Positions 9,132-16,603 of a stretch of DNA of 64,000 nt are shown here, piece after piece (the first letter of the stretch is position 1; each line of letters begins with the position of its first letter). The notes beneath the pieces are model-generated. The model was not told the origin of the DNA, ran no database searches, and saw only the letters and a list, made by a program, of their open reading frames with translations. Source of the stretch: Candidatus Dormiibacterota bacterium (GTDB taxonomy: Bacteria > Chloroflexota > Dormibacteria > Dormibacterales > Dormibacteraceae); the NCBI GenBank assembly GCA_035689485.1, contig DASSLL010000067.1, positions 4,472-68,471 on the forward strand. The letters run 5' to 3'. Position numbers and translations under genes: made by a program.

Positions 9132-9749
9132 ATGCAACTGGAGAATTCCTTTCAGGTGGGCGCCCCGCCCGCCGAGGTCTTCGCCTACCTGCTCGACGTG
9201 AACAAGGTCGTGGGCTGCGTGCCGGGCGCCGAGCTGACGGAAGTCGTCGATTCGAGCACCTTCAAAGGCAAGGTCAAGGTCAAAGTCGGCCCGATCACGG
9301 TCGCCTACAACGGGACGGCGCGGATCTCAGAGCGGGACGAGGCGAAACGATCGGCCACTCTGACCGCCGAAGGCCGCGAGACCACGGGTCCAGGCTCGGC
9401 GCGGGCCACGGCCGTCATGCAGGTCGAGACGGCGGGCGAGGGCTCGTTGATCCGGATCACGACCGAATATCACGTCGCCGGCCGCGTCGCCCAGTTCGGC
9501 CGCGGCGTCATGGAGGACGTGTCCCGGCGGCTCGTCAACGAGATGGCGAACTGCATCCAGGCCAATCTCGAGGCGGGCAGAGCGCCCGCCGGTGACGCGA
9601 CCACGGCCGGAGATCGGATGGTGTTCACCAGCGAGGTGCCCACGCCGCGGGCGCAGACGACGGCCAAGCCGGTCAACGCGTTCGCGCTCTTGTGGCACCT
9701 GCTGAAGCTGCGGCTGGCCCGGCTTTTCGGGAGGACGCCCTCAGCCTAG
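9132..9749 (+). CDS. coxG: SRPBCC-fold CoxG-like protein
   Basis: MQLENSFQVGAPPAEVFAYLLDVNKVVGCVPGAEL...KVKVKVGPI pattern of CoxG. ATG 9132 is in frame within track ORF 9003..9749. Confidence 0.8.
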   Translation: MQLENSFQVGAPPAEVFAYLLDVNKVVGCVPGAELTEVVDSSTFKGKVKVKVGPITVAYNGTARISERDEAKRSATLTAEGRETTGPGSARATAVMQVETAGEGSLIRITTEYHVAGRVAQFGRGVMEDVSRRLVNEMANCIQANLEAGRAPAGDATTAGDRMVFTSEVPTPRAQTTAKPVNAFALLWHLLKLRLARLFGRTPSA

Positions 9750-9752
9750 CCA

Positions 9753-9774
9753 GACGCCGGCCGAGGCCGGCGTC
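9753..9774. terminator. GC-rich hairpin between convergent coxG and hypothetical gene
   Basis: GACGCCGGCC-GA-GGCCGGCGTC, 4 nt after the coxG stop and overlapping the stop of the minus-strand gene. No U-tract. Confidence 0.45.
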
Positions 9775-10291
9775 ACCCTAGGAAGACGCCCAGCATCAGG
9801 TCCCTGTTGACCCAGATGTTGGGCTGCGTCCAGCTCTTGCCGTTGACGCCGAAGATGGTCACCGTGGCGTCGAGGATCTGGAAGAAACGGTTCTTCATCA
9901 GGATCTCGTTGTGCATGGCCGGCTCGGTCGCCTTCGGAAACTCCGCCGCGCCGGTGACCATGAACGCCGGCGCCTGGAACATGACGTAGCGCCGCATCAT
10001 CTCGGCCACCAGGTCGGGCGGAGGCGGCTCAGGGTCGATGGTCCGGATGCCGCCGATGAAGTCCTTGTTGAAAAGGCCCTCCGGCACGCCGCTGAGCGGC
10101 ACCGCTCCGGGCACCAGCGGCTCGGCGCTGACGTTGCGGAGGTGAAAAAGCGGTTCGGGGTCGTTGATCGTCTCGCGCAGCCGGCCGCCGCGGACCTGGA
10201 TCTCGGCGGTGATGCGCTCGAAGGACGTGAGCACGTCGACCTTGCTCCACGACAGGTTGGCGGCGGTGAAACCCCCTGACGGGCTCGACAT
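9773..10291 (-). CDS. hypothetical protein (172 aa)
   Basis: Track ORF 9773..10318. ATG 10291 (MSSPSGG...) preferred. No family recognised. Confidence 0.6.
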   Translation of the reverse strand: MSSPSGGFTAANLSWSKVDVLTSFERITAEIQVRGGRLRETINDPEPLFHLRNVSAEPLVPGAVPLSGVPEGLFNKDFIGGIRTIDPEPPPPDLVAEMMRRYVMFQAPAFMVTGAAEFPKATEPAMHNEILMKNRFFQILDATVTIFGVNGKSWTQPNIWVNRDLMLGVFLG

Positions 10292-10335
10292 CAGCGGGCA
10301 AGGATAACTCGCAGGCACGTTGGTTCAGCCCAGAA

Positions 10336-11445
10336 TTGAGCGCCGTGGACCTGCACGCCTTCATCTCCCGGTCGAGCGAGCGAGGCCGGGGCGAGGCGGT
10401 GGCGGTGAAGGACCTGGTCGACGTGCGCGGCATGGTCACGACCGCGGGCGGGATCATCCTGCCCAACGTGCCCGCGGCGGAGGACGCGCCCGTCGTCGCC
10501 CGCCTGCGCCAGGCCGGCTGCGTGTTCGTCGGCAAGGCCAACCTGCACGAGTTCGCCTACGGCGTCACCAACGTCAACCCGCACTACGGCACCGCGCGCA
10601 ACCCGCACGACCCCGGCCGGGTCGCGGGCGGATCGTCCGGCGGCTCGGCCGTCGCGGTCGCCGCCGAGCTGTGCGACTGGGCGGTCGGCAGCGACACCGG
10701 GGGCTCGATCCGCATCCCCAGTTCGCTGTGCGGGGTCGTCGGCTTCAAACCCGCGTTCGGCAGCATCGACCTCGCCGGCGTGATCCCGCTTTCGCACTCG
10801 TTGGACACCCTCGGCCCCATCGCGCCGGACGTGGCGACGGCGGCGCGCGCCTATTCGATGATGTCGGGCGAAGCCGTATCCCTCGAGGGCCTCGAGCGGC
10901 CGCAAATCGCGGTTCCGGCGGGTTGGGTGAAAGATCTGGACGAGCCCACGGAGACCGCATGGAGGTCGGTGTCGGCCGGGGTTCCCGAGGTGGATTTCGG
11001 CGACCGCGAGGCGGTGCACCAGGCCGGGCTCACGATCCTTCTCTTCGAGGCGGCGGCCTACCACCGTCGCTGGGCGCACGAGGTGCCCGAGAAGTACGGC
11101 GCCGATGTGCTGCGCCTGATCCGCCGGGGCTTCGAGATCTCCGAGGCCGACTACCGGACGGCCCTGTCCGATCGCGCGCGCCTGGCCGCCGAAGCACGCC
11201 GGATGATGGCCGGCATCGACGCCCTGGTCCTGCCCGCGACCGCGATCGTGGCGCCGCCGGTCGACGCGGGATTCGAGGTGCGTGAGCCGCTTTCGCGGTT
11301 CACGCGACCCTTCAACGCCACCTACCAGCCGGTGGCGGTGATCCCGGCGCCGGTTTCCGGCTTGCCGGTCGGCATCCAGGTTGTGGGTCTGACCAACGAA
11401 GGCACGCTTCGCGCCGCCGCCTGGCTCGCGCGGTCCTGGCGGTGA
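10336..11445 (+). CDS. amidase-signature family amidase (short form)
   Basis: KANLHEFAYG, GGSSGGSAVAVAA and GSDTGGSIRIPS motifs. TTG start. Confidence 0.85.
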   Translation: MSAVDLHAFISRSSERGRGEAVAVKDLVDVRGMVTTAGGIILPNVPAAEDAPVVARLRQAGCVFVGKANLHEFAYGVTNVNPHYGTARNPHDPGRVAGGSSGGSAVAVAAELCDWAVGSDTGGSIRIPSSLCGVVGFKPAFGSIDLAGVIPLSHSLDTLGPIAPDVATAARAYSMMSGEAVSLEGLERPQIAVPAGWVKDLDEPTETAWRSVSAGVPEVDFGDREAVHQAGLTILLFEAAAYHRRWAHEVPEKYGADVLRLIRRGFEISEADYRTALSDRARLAAEARRMMAGIDALVLPATAIVAPPVDAGFEVREPLSRFTRPFNATYQPVAVIPAPVSGLPVGIQVVGLTNEGTLRAAAWLARSWR

Positions 11446-12266
11446 GATCGAAGGAGCTCTATCCGGCGATCTTCAGCCGTCACGCCGAGGCCTACGAGCG
11501 GCGGCTCGAGCAGATCATGGAGCGCGGCGAGGCGCGAGGCCGGCAGCGCGCGATCGACCTCCTGGAGGCGAGGCCCGGCATGCATGTCCTGGACCTCGCG
11601 TGCGGCCCCGGCAACCTGACTGCGCGGCTGGCGCCGCTGGTCATGCCCGGCGGCGAGGTCGTGGGCATCGACCTGGCGCCGGGGATGATCGAGCGTGCAC
11701 GGCACCGCGGCATCGCCGGTGCGAGGTTCGAGGTCATGGACATCGAGCAGCTGGCGTTTCCGGACGAGTCCTTCGACGCCGCCGTCTGCGGCCACGGCCT
11801 GCAGTTCGCGCCCGACCTGGCGCGAGCGCTGCGCGAGACGCGGCGAGTGCTGCGTCCAGGCCGGCCGCTGGTCGCGACCGTGCCGTTGGGCGCTCGCAAC
11901 ACGGACGTCTGGGAGCACCTCGAAAAAGCCGCGGCACGGTGGCTGCCCCCCGCGCCGCCGCGACCGTCCGACAGCGAACAGACGCAGAAGACCGTCCTCG
12001 ACGCCCAGGCGTTCCGGTCCGCGGCTCGGTCAGCCGGCTTCGGCAGCGCGCGCGTCGAGGTGGTCGACGAGCACGCGCGATGGGCGTCGGCCGAGCAGCT
12101 GGTCGATCTCGCGACCAGCTGGTGGGACTTCGCAGCGCGCCTGGAAGGTGTGGGCGAGGCGCAGCGCGAAAACTTCAAGCGAGACGCGATCGAAACGCTG
12201 CGCCGGCGCCATCCCGGAGCCATCGAGACCGCCGCCGGCAACCACGTGCTGTACGCGGTCGCCTAA
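11442..12266 (+). CDS. class I SAM-dependent methyltransferase
   Basis: VLDLACGPGNLT motif I. GTG overlaps the amidase stop (GTGA). Confidence 0.85.
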   Translation: MRSKELYPAIFSRHAEAYERRLEQIMERGEARGRQRAIDLLEARPGMHVLDLACGPGNLTARLAPLVMPGGEVVGIDLAPGMIERARHRGIAGARFEVMDIEQLAFPDESFDAAVCGHGLQFAPDLARALRETRRVLRPGRPLVATVPLGARNTDVWEHLEKAAARWLPPAPPRPSDSEQTQKTVLDAQAFRSAARSAGFGSARVEVVDEHARWASAEQLVDLATSWWDFAARLEGVGEAQRENFKRDAIETLRRRHPGAIETAAGNHVLYAVA

Positions 12267-12305
12267 CGGGTGCCGGGCCGGCGCCGCGCGGTCTCAAACT
12301 AGCGC

Positions 12306-12704
12306 GTGTCGAACATGCCGCACCCGAGCGTGATGCTCCGCCTCGTCGGGTTTTCGGTCGCGGCCGGGCTCGCGCTCGCGGGCGTCCAGCCGCTGGTGGC
12401 GGCGGCCGCGGGATCGGTGGGGATGCAGTGGGCGCTCGGCCTGACGGCGCCCGCAATCCTCGTGGCGGCCCTCGTCTTCGGCGTCGGCCGGCTGTCCGAC
12501 CGCGGCGACTCGGTCCAGCCGCCCTGGTACTCGGCGTGGCTGCTGCTGCCGGGCTCGTTCCTTCTTGCCGGCGCCGCCGCGATGTGCATCTTCGGCGCGC
12601 TGGTGCAGTTTGCCCTGATCCCGTGGACCATGTGGGCGCTCCTGGTCAGCGGCGCGGCCTTTTGGATGGCCGCGCTCGTCCTGGTGCGCTCGCACTCTCA
12701 CTGA
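12306..12704 (+). CDS. hypothetical integral membrane protein
   Basis: 132 aa with four hydrophobic helices. No family recognised. Confidence 0.6.
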   Translation: MSNMPHPSVMLRLVGFSVAAGLALAGVQPLVAAAAGSVGMQWALGLTAPAILVAALVFGVGRLSDRGDSVQPPWYSAWLLLPGSFLLAGAAAMCIFGALVQFALIPWTMWALLVSGAAFWMAALVLVRSHSH

Positions 12705-12871
12705 TCGCGGCCGAGCTGCCTTTCGATTCTTTCTTCCAGCGCCCAGCGCCGCTCGCAGTCGGCGACCGCGTCGAGGATCTCGCGCATCTGGTCGTCGAGC
12801 GGGCGGTTCTGCCGGCGGCCGGCCCGTAGCTCGGCCATCTTCTGCTGGTAGAACCTCGCGTTTTCGCTCAT
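12698..12871 (-). CDS. small hypothetical coiled-coil protein (57 aa)
   Basis: MSENARFYQQKMAELRAG... is the last 57 codons of track ORF 12698..13873. TACCTT lies 6 nt upstream of the ATG and there is no SD (possibly leaderless). Confidence 0.4.
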   Translation of the reverse strand: MSENARFYQQKMAELRAGRRQNRPLDDQMREILDAVADCERRWALEERIERQLGRDQ

Positions 12872-12963
12872 GCACGCAAGGTATGAATTCGACCGCCGGT
12901 GCCAAAAGGTGACAAACACCTGAACCCATACGGCCGCGGTACCCGAAGTCGGGTACCTGTCCT

Positions 12964-13605
12964 TCAGGTGATCGGTGGCGCGGTCGGGGTGGCGGCGCTG
13001 GTCAGGCGGTCGCGGATGGCGCGGCGCCCTCGCTCGAGCGCGCGGGGGCCGTCGCCCGCTTTGAAACCGCTGTTGGCGCCGCCGAGGAGGCTGTCGAGCT
13101 CCCACGCCAGCTGCTCGGGGTCGACGGCGGGGTCGATCTGGCCCGCCTCCTGCGCCTCTTTGACCGCGCGCTGGATGCTGTAGGACCAGTACGCCTTCTT
13201 CTCGAGCACGGAGTCGCGGACGGGACCCGCCTTGCGGCTGTCGAACTCTTCGGCCACCGCCCAGAAGAAGCAGCCTCCAGGAAAGACGCCGCGCTCGACG
13301 TAGCTGAGCCAGGAGTTGCAGAGCGCCCAGACCCGGCCGATCCCGCGCGGGGCCTGGAGCGCCGGCCGGATGACCTCGTCCGTGAAGATCTGCGCCGCGG
13401 CTTCGACGGTGGCCATGTGCAGCTCCTCCTTCGACCCGAAGTGGGCGAAGAGGCCGCTCTTGCTCATGCCGAGGTCGTCGGCGAGCCGCTGCAGCGAGAC
13501 CGCTTCGAGGCCCTCGGCGGAGCCGACCCTGGCGGCGTGGGCGAGGATCGACTGCCGGGTCTTCATCCCCCGCAGCCGCCTGCGGTCCGTCGTGTGAAGT
13601 GCCAT
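12964..13605 (-). CDS. TetR/AcrR-family transcriptional regulator
   Basis: N-terminal HTH: SILAHAARVGSAEGLEAVSLQRLADDLGMSKSGLFAHFGSKEEL. Confidence 0.9.
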   Translation of the reverse strand: MALHTTDRRRLRGMKTRQSILAHAARVGSAEGLEAVSLQRLADDLGMSKSGLFAHFGSKEELHMATVEAAAQIFTDEVIRPALQAPRGIGRVWALCNSWLSYVERGVFPGGCFFWAVAEEFDSRKAGPVRDSVLEKKAYWSYSIQRAVKEAQEAGQIDPAVDPEQLAWELDSLLGGANSGFKAGDGPRALERGRRAIRDRLTSAATPTAPPIT

Positions 13606-13614
13606 CGATTGCGC

Positions 13615-13644
13615 TTGATTTTAGCACGACCGTTCGGTTAGTAT
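13615..13644 (+). promoter_or_regulatory. candidate promoter of the GNAT/cNMP operon
   Basis: TTGATT (13615..13620), 18-nt spacer, TAGTAT (13639..13644). GGAGG SD precedes ATG 13694. Confidence 0.45.
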
Positions 13645-13668
13645 TGTGATTGAACGAACGATCGTGCT
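13623..13668. promoter_or_regulatory. inverted repeat, probable TetR operator
   Basis: AGCACGACCGTTCG (13623..13636) and CGAACGATCGTGCT (13655..13668). The 14-nt arms have one mismatch and bracket the -10 box. Confidence 0.55.
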
Positions 13669-13693
13669 TTTTGTTGGGTGGAGGTTCTGAGCC

Positions 13694-14179
13694 ATGGTGA
13701 TGATCGAGGGATCGAGAGCGGGGCGGCCGGGGCTGGCAACGCTCGAGGCTTCTGACGGGCCGGCGGTGCTCGGGCTGTTCGGCAGGCTGTCGCCGGAGTC
13801 CGTTTACCGCCGCTACTTCACCCCGGTGGTGCGCCGGGACGCGCTTCTGGCGTCGGTGGCTCGGATCGACCACTCTGACCGAGAGGCGATCGCCGCGGTG
13901 GCAGGTGGCCAGGTGGTCGGAGTGGTCGAGTATTCGCGCCCGCCCGGGTCGCCGGTGGCCGACATGGCGATCGTGGTCGCCGACGGCTGGCAGAAGCAGG
14001 GGCTGGGGACGCGTTTGGTGGCCGCGGCGGCGGCGCGAGCCCTCGAAGCCGGCATCCGGAGCTTCGCGGTCGACATCCAGGGCGACAACGTGGGCGCTCT
14101 GCGGCTGTTCAAGCGGGTCGCGCCCGGAGCGCGAATGAAGTTCTCCGCCGGTGTGGGCGAGGCGGTGGTCGCGCTGTGA
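13694..14179 (+). CDS. GNAT acetyltransferase, Pat-like (protein lysine acetyltransferase type)
   Basis: LSPESVYRRYF motif followed by VADGWQKQGLGTRL acetyl-CoA-binding region. Confidence 0.85.
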   Translation: MVMIEGSRAGRPGLATLEASDGPAVLGLFGRLSPESVYRRYFTPVVRRDALLASVARIDHSDREAIAAVAGGQVVGVVEYSRPPGSPVADMAIVVADGWQKQGLGTRLVAAAAARALEAGIRSFAVDIQGDNVGALRLFKRVAPGARMKFSAGVGEAVVAL

Positions 14180-14592
14180 GCGACCACGAGCGGCTCGAGG
14201 TGCTGCGCCGGGTGCCTGAGCTGTCGCTACTGGCGGAAGGGACCCTGCGAGCGCTGCTTCCCTGGTTCGACGAGGTGGCGATACCGGCCGGAGTGGTTCT
14301 CGCCGAGGCGGGACTGCTGTGTCACGAGTTCGTGGTCGTGGCCGCCGGCGAGCTCGAAGCGTGCCGGTGGGGTCGCGCGTCGCTGCATGGTCGAGGCGAC
14401 GCGTTCGGATGGGAGGCGATGCGCGGGCGCGGACGGCACGACGCGACGTTGGTGACGAGATCGCCGTCGCGTGTGCTCGTCATGAGCCACGCGCAGTTTC
14501 GTGCCGTCGAAGGGCTCGTGGCCGCAAGTGTGTGCTCGGATACGCCTTCAGCCGCCCGAATACGTGCCGGAGCGCAAACTCGGCCCTGTTAG
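14176..14592 (+). CDS. cyclic-nucleotide-binding-domain protein (non-canonical phosphate-binding cassette)
   Basis: CAP_ED-like layout: VPELSLLAEGTLRALLPWFDEVAIPAGVVL...GDAFGWEAM...ATLVT. GTG overlaps the GNAT stop (GTGA). Confidence 0.7.
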   Translation: MSDHERLEVLRRVPELSLLAEGTLRALLPWFDEVAIPAGVVLAEAGLLCHEFVVVAAGELEACRWGRASLHGRGDAFGWEAMRGRGRHDATLVTRSPSRVLVMSHAQFRAVEGLVAASVCSDTPSAARIRAGAQTRPC

Positions 14593-14685
14593 GACCGGCT
14601 CGCACGTCAATGAAGCCGGCGCTCTCCTTGAGGGAGTAGTCGCCGAGCGACCGTATCTCGAAGCCGCGGCCGGCTGCTGTGCCGG

Positions 14686-14889
14686 CTACGCGAGCTTGAT
14701 GCGGTTCGCGCGAGGGCCTTTCTGGCTCGGCTCGATCTCGAAGCTGACCCGCTCGCCGCCGGCCAGCGAGTCGAAGTTCACGCTCGAGTCGAGACCGGTC
14801 CGATGGAAGAAGTACTCCTTCCCGTCTTCGGCCGCGATGAAGCCGAACCCGCGATCGGAGACCAGCTTCTTGATGGTCCCTGTCGGCAT
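14686..14889 (-). CDS. cspA: cold-shock protein (CspA family)
   Basis: GTIKKLVSDRGFGFI (RNP1) and YFFH (RNP2-like). GGAG lies 8 nt upstream of ATG 14889. Confidence 0.92.
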   Translation of the reverse strand: MPTGTIKKLVSDRGFGFIAAEDGKEYFFHRTGLDSSVNFDSLAGGERVSFEIEPSQKGPRANRIKLA

Positions 14890-14901
14890 CGCCAAAACTC
14901 C

Positions 14902-14948
14902 TCTTCTCGAAAGCTTGTCCTACGAACGCCCGGGCCCTTTCGAGAAGA
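14902..14948 (-). promoter_or_regulatory. csp 5' leader stem-loop abutting the SD
   Basis: Perfect 12-nt inverted repeat: TCTTCTCGAAAG (14902..14913) and CTTTCGAGAAGA (14937..14948). On the mRNA the 3' arm runs directly into GGAG. Confidence 0.4.
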
Positions 14949-14997
14949 TCACGACCGCGGCGAACATCACCCGACTACCGGGGACGCAATTACCTTA

Positions 14998-15017
14998 CCA
15001 CCGGCCTTCGCCGGTGG
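14998..15017 (-). terminator. hairpin downstream of the EamA gene
   Basis: CCACCGGC-CTTC-GCCGGTGG, 11 nt after the stop at 15029. Weak U content. Confidence 0.4.
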
Positions 15018-15028
15018 CGCCTCGATCG

Positions 15029-15883
15029 TCAGACCGCGAGCAAGGCCACCCCGGCCAGCGTCGCGACGGCCCCCGACAGCTTCACGGCCGCCCGTCCTCG
15101 CTCGCCCAGACGCCACACCCCCCACACCGCCACCGCGACCAGCGCGGTCTCGCGCACGGGCGCGACCACCGCCAGCGGGGCGATGCTCAGCGCCCACAAA
15201 ACCAGGAAGTAGCCGGCCCACATGAAGGCCCCGATCACCGCTGCCTGGCCCCACGTCGGAGACGGCGCCGCCGCGGGCATCCGCAGCCTGCCCAACCTCG
15301 ACCCGACCCACATGACAATCGGCAGCTCGATCGCCATCAGCGTGAACAGCAGCCAGCCGTAGAACCAGGGCGCGGTCAGGCGGACGCCGATGCGGTCGAT
15401 CGACGTGTAGGACGCGATGGCGACGCCGGTGAGGAGCGCCGGCAGCGTGGCCTTGCCTCCCGCCTGCGAAATCGTGACCGCCAGGATGCCGACGAGCAGC
15501 AGGCCCACGCCGGCGAGCTGCGGCGTCGACAGTCGCTCGCCGAGGACGAACAATCCGGCGGCCACCGCGAGCAAGGGCGCGGAGCCGCGCGCGATGGGAT
15601 AGACCGCCGACAGCTCACCGCGCCGGTAGGCGGTCGAAAGCAAGACGAGATAGGTCGTCTCGAGCACCGAGGAGACAAGACACACGCCGAGCGCCGCGCC
15701 GGGCACATGTGGGCGGCCGAAGATCAGCCACTCGGGGACGAGCGCGACCGTCGCCACCACCGCGCTCATCAACGTGGCGCGGCGAAACGTGGAGAGTGGG
15801 TCGCCGCTGACCTTGACGAGCACGTTCCACGTGCCGTGCAGCACGGCGGCCGTGAGCGCGAGCGCAACTCCGGCGAGGATCAC
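15029..15883 (-). CDS. EamA/DMT-family transporter
   Basis: About 10 TM helices with a two-EamA-repeat pattern. GTG 15883 overlaps the upstream stop (GTGA). Confidence 0.8.
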   Translation of the reverse strand: MILAGVALALTAAVLHGTWNVLVKVSGDPLSTFRRATLMSAVVATVALVPEWLIFGRPHVPGAALGVCLVSSVLETTYLVLLSTAYRRGELSAVYPIARGSAPLLAVAAGLFVLGERLSTPQLAGVGLLLVGILAVTISQAGGKATLPALLTGVAIASYTSIDRIGVRLTAPWFYGWLLFTLMAIELPIVMWVGSRLGRLRMPAAAPSPTWGQAAVIGAFMWAGYFLVLWALSIAPLAVVAPVRETALVAVAVWGVWRLGERGRAAVKLSGAVATLAGVALLAV

Positions 15884-16572
15884 GGCGCCTGGCGTCGCGG
15901 ACGCGCGAGCAGCCGTCCCAGCAGCCGGAAAACCTCCGGGTTGACGACGAGCCCGTTGTGCGAGCCCCACACCGGCAGCGCCGGGATGTCGGGCCGGAGG
16001 CACGAGCGGAAGTTCACGACGTCGTCGGTCCGCGTGTAGATCGAGGTCGTGGGCACGAGCGGCGCGAGCTTCAGGTCATACGTGAAGCGACCTTCGGCGT
16101 TCAGGCGACGACCGTACGCCAGCTCGTTGGCGGTGCGCACGACGCCGACGGCATGGTGCGTGAGCGCGGCGAGGTCGGTCCAATCGGCGAGCGGCGAGCC
16201 GAGCGCGATCACCTGCTCCACGATGTGCGGCCGCCGCTGCGCGAGCACCTTCGCGAGCAGGCCGCCACGGCTGTGGCCGACGAGGCTGACGCGGGCGCCC
16301 GTGTCCTTCTCGATGTCGATGACGCGTTGACGCAGCCCGCCGATGAGCTTTTCCGAATGCTGGACGTTGAGCAGGATGCCCGAGAGGTAGGAGCGGTAGC
16401 CGATGCGGCCGAGCCAGGCATGCAGGACGCGCAGCGACCAGTCGCCGGCGAGAAATCCCGGAACGAGCAGCACCGGCCGGCCATCGCCGGCCGGGACGCC
16501 GCGCCCCCGGAACACCGGGTCCCGGATCAAAGCCGAGAGCTCGCGAATCGCCAGCGGGTCCCACAACCTCAC
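15880..16572 (-). CDS. alpha/beta hydrolase, lipase-like (paralog A)
   Basis: PGFLAGDWSL and nucleophile elbow GHSRGG. About half the residues are identical by eye to 19185..19982. Confidence 0.75.
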   Translation of the reverse strand: MRLWDPLAIRELSALIRDPVFRGRGVPAGDGRPVLLVPGFLAGDWSLRVLHAWLGRIGYRSYLSGILLNVQHSEKLIGGLRQRVIDIEKDTGARVSLVGHSRGGLLAKVLAQRRPHIVEQVIALGSPLADWTDLAALTHHAVGVVRTANELAYGRRLNAEGRFTYDLKLAPLVPTTSIYTRTDDVVNFRSCLRPDIPALPVWGSHNGLVVNPEVFRLLGRLLARPRRQAP

Positions 16573-16603
16573 AGCGTGGGATGGTAGGTAACCGGCCGCT
16601 CGC

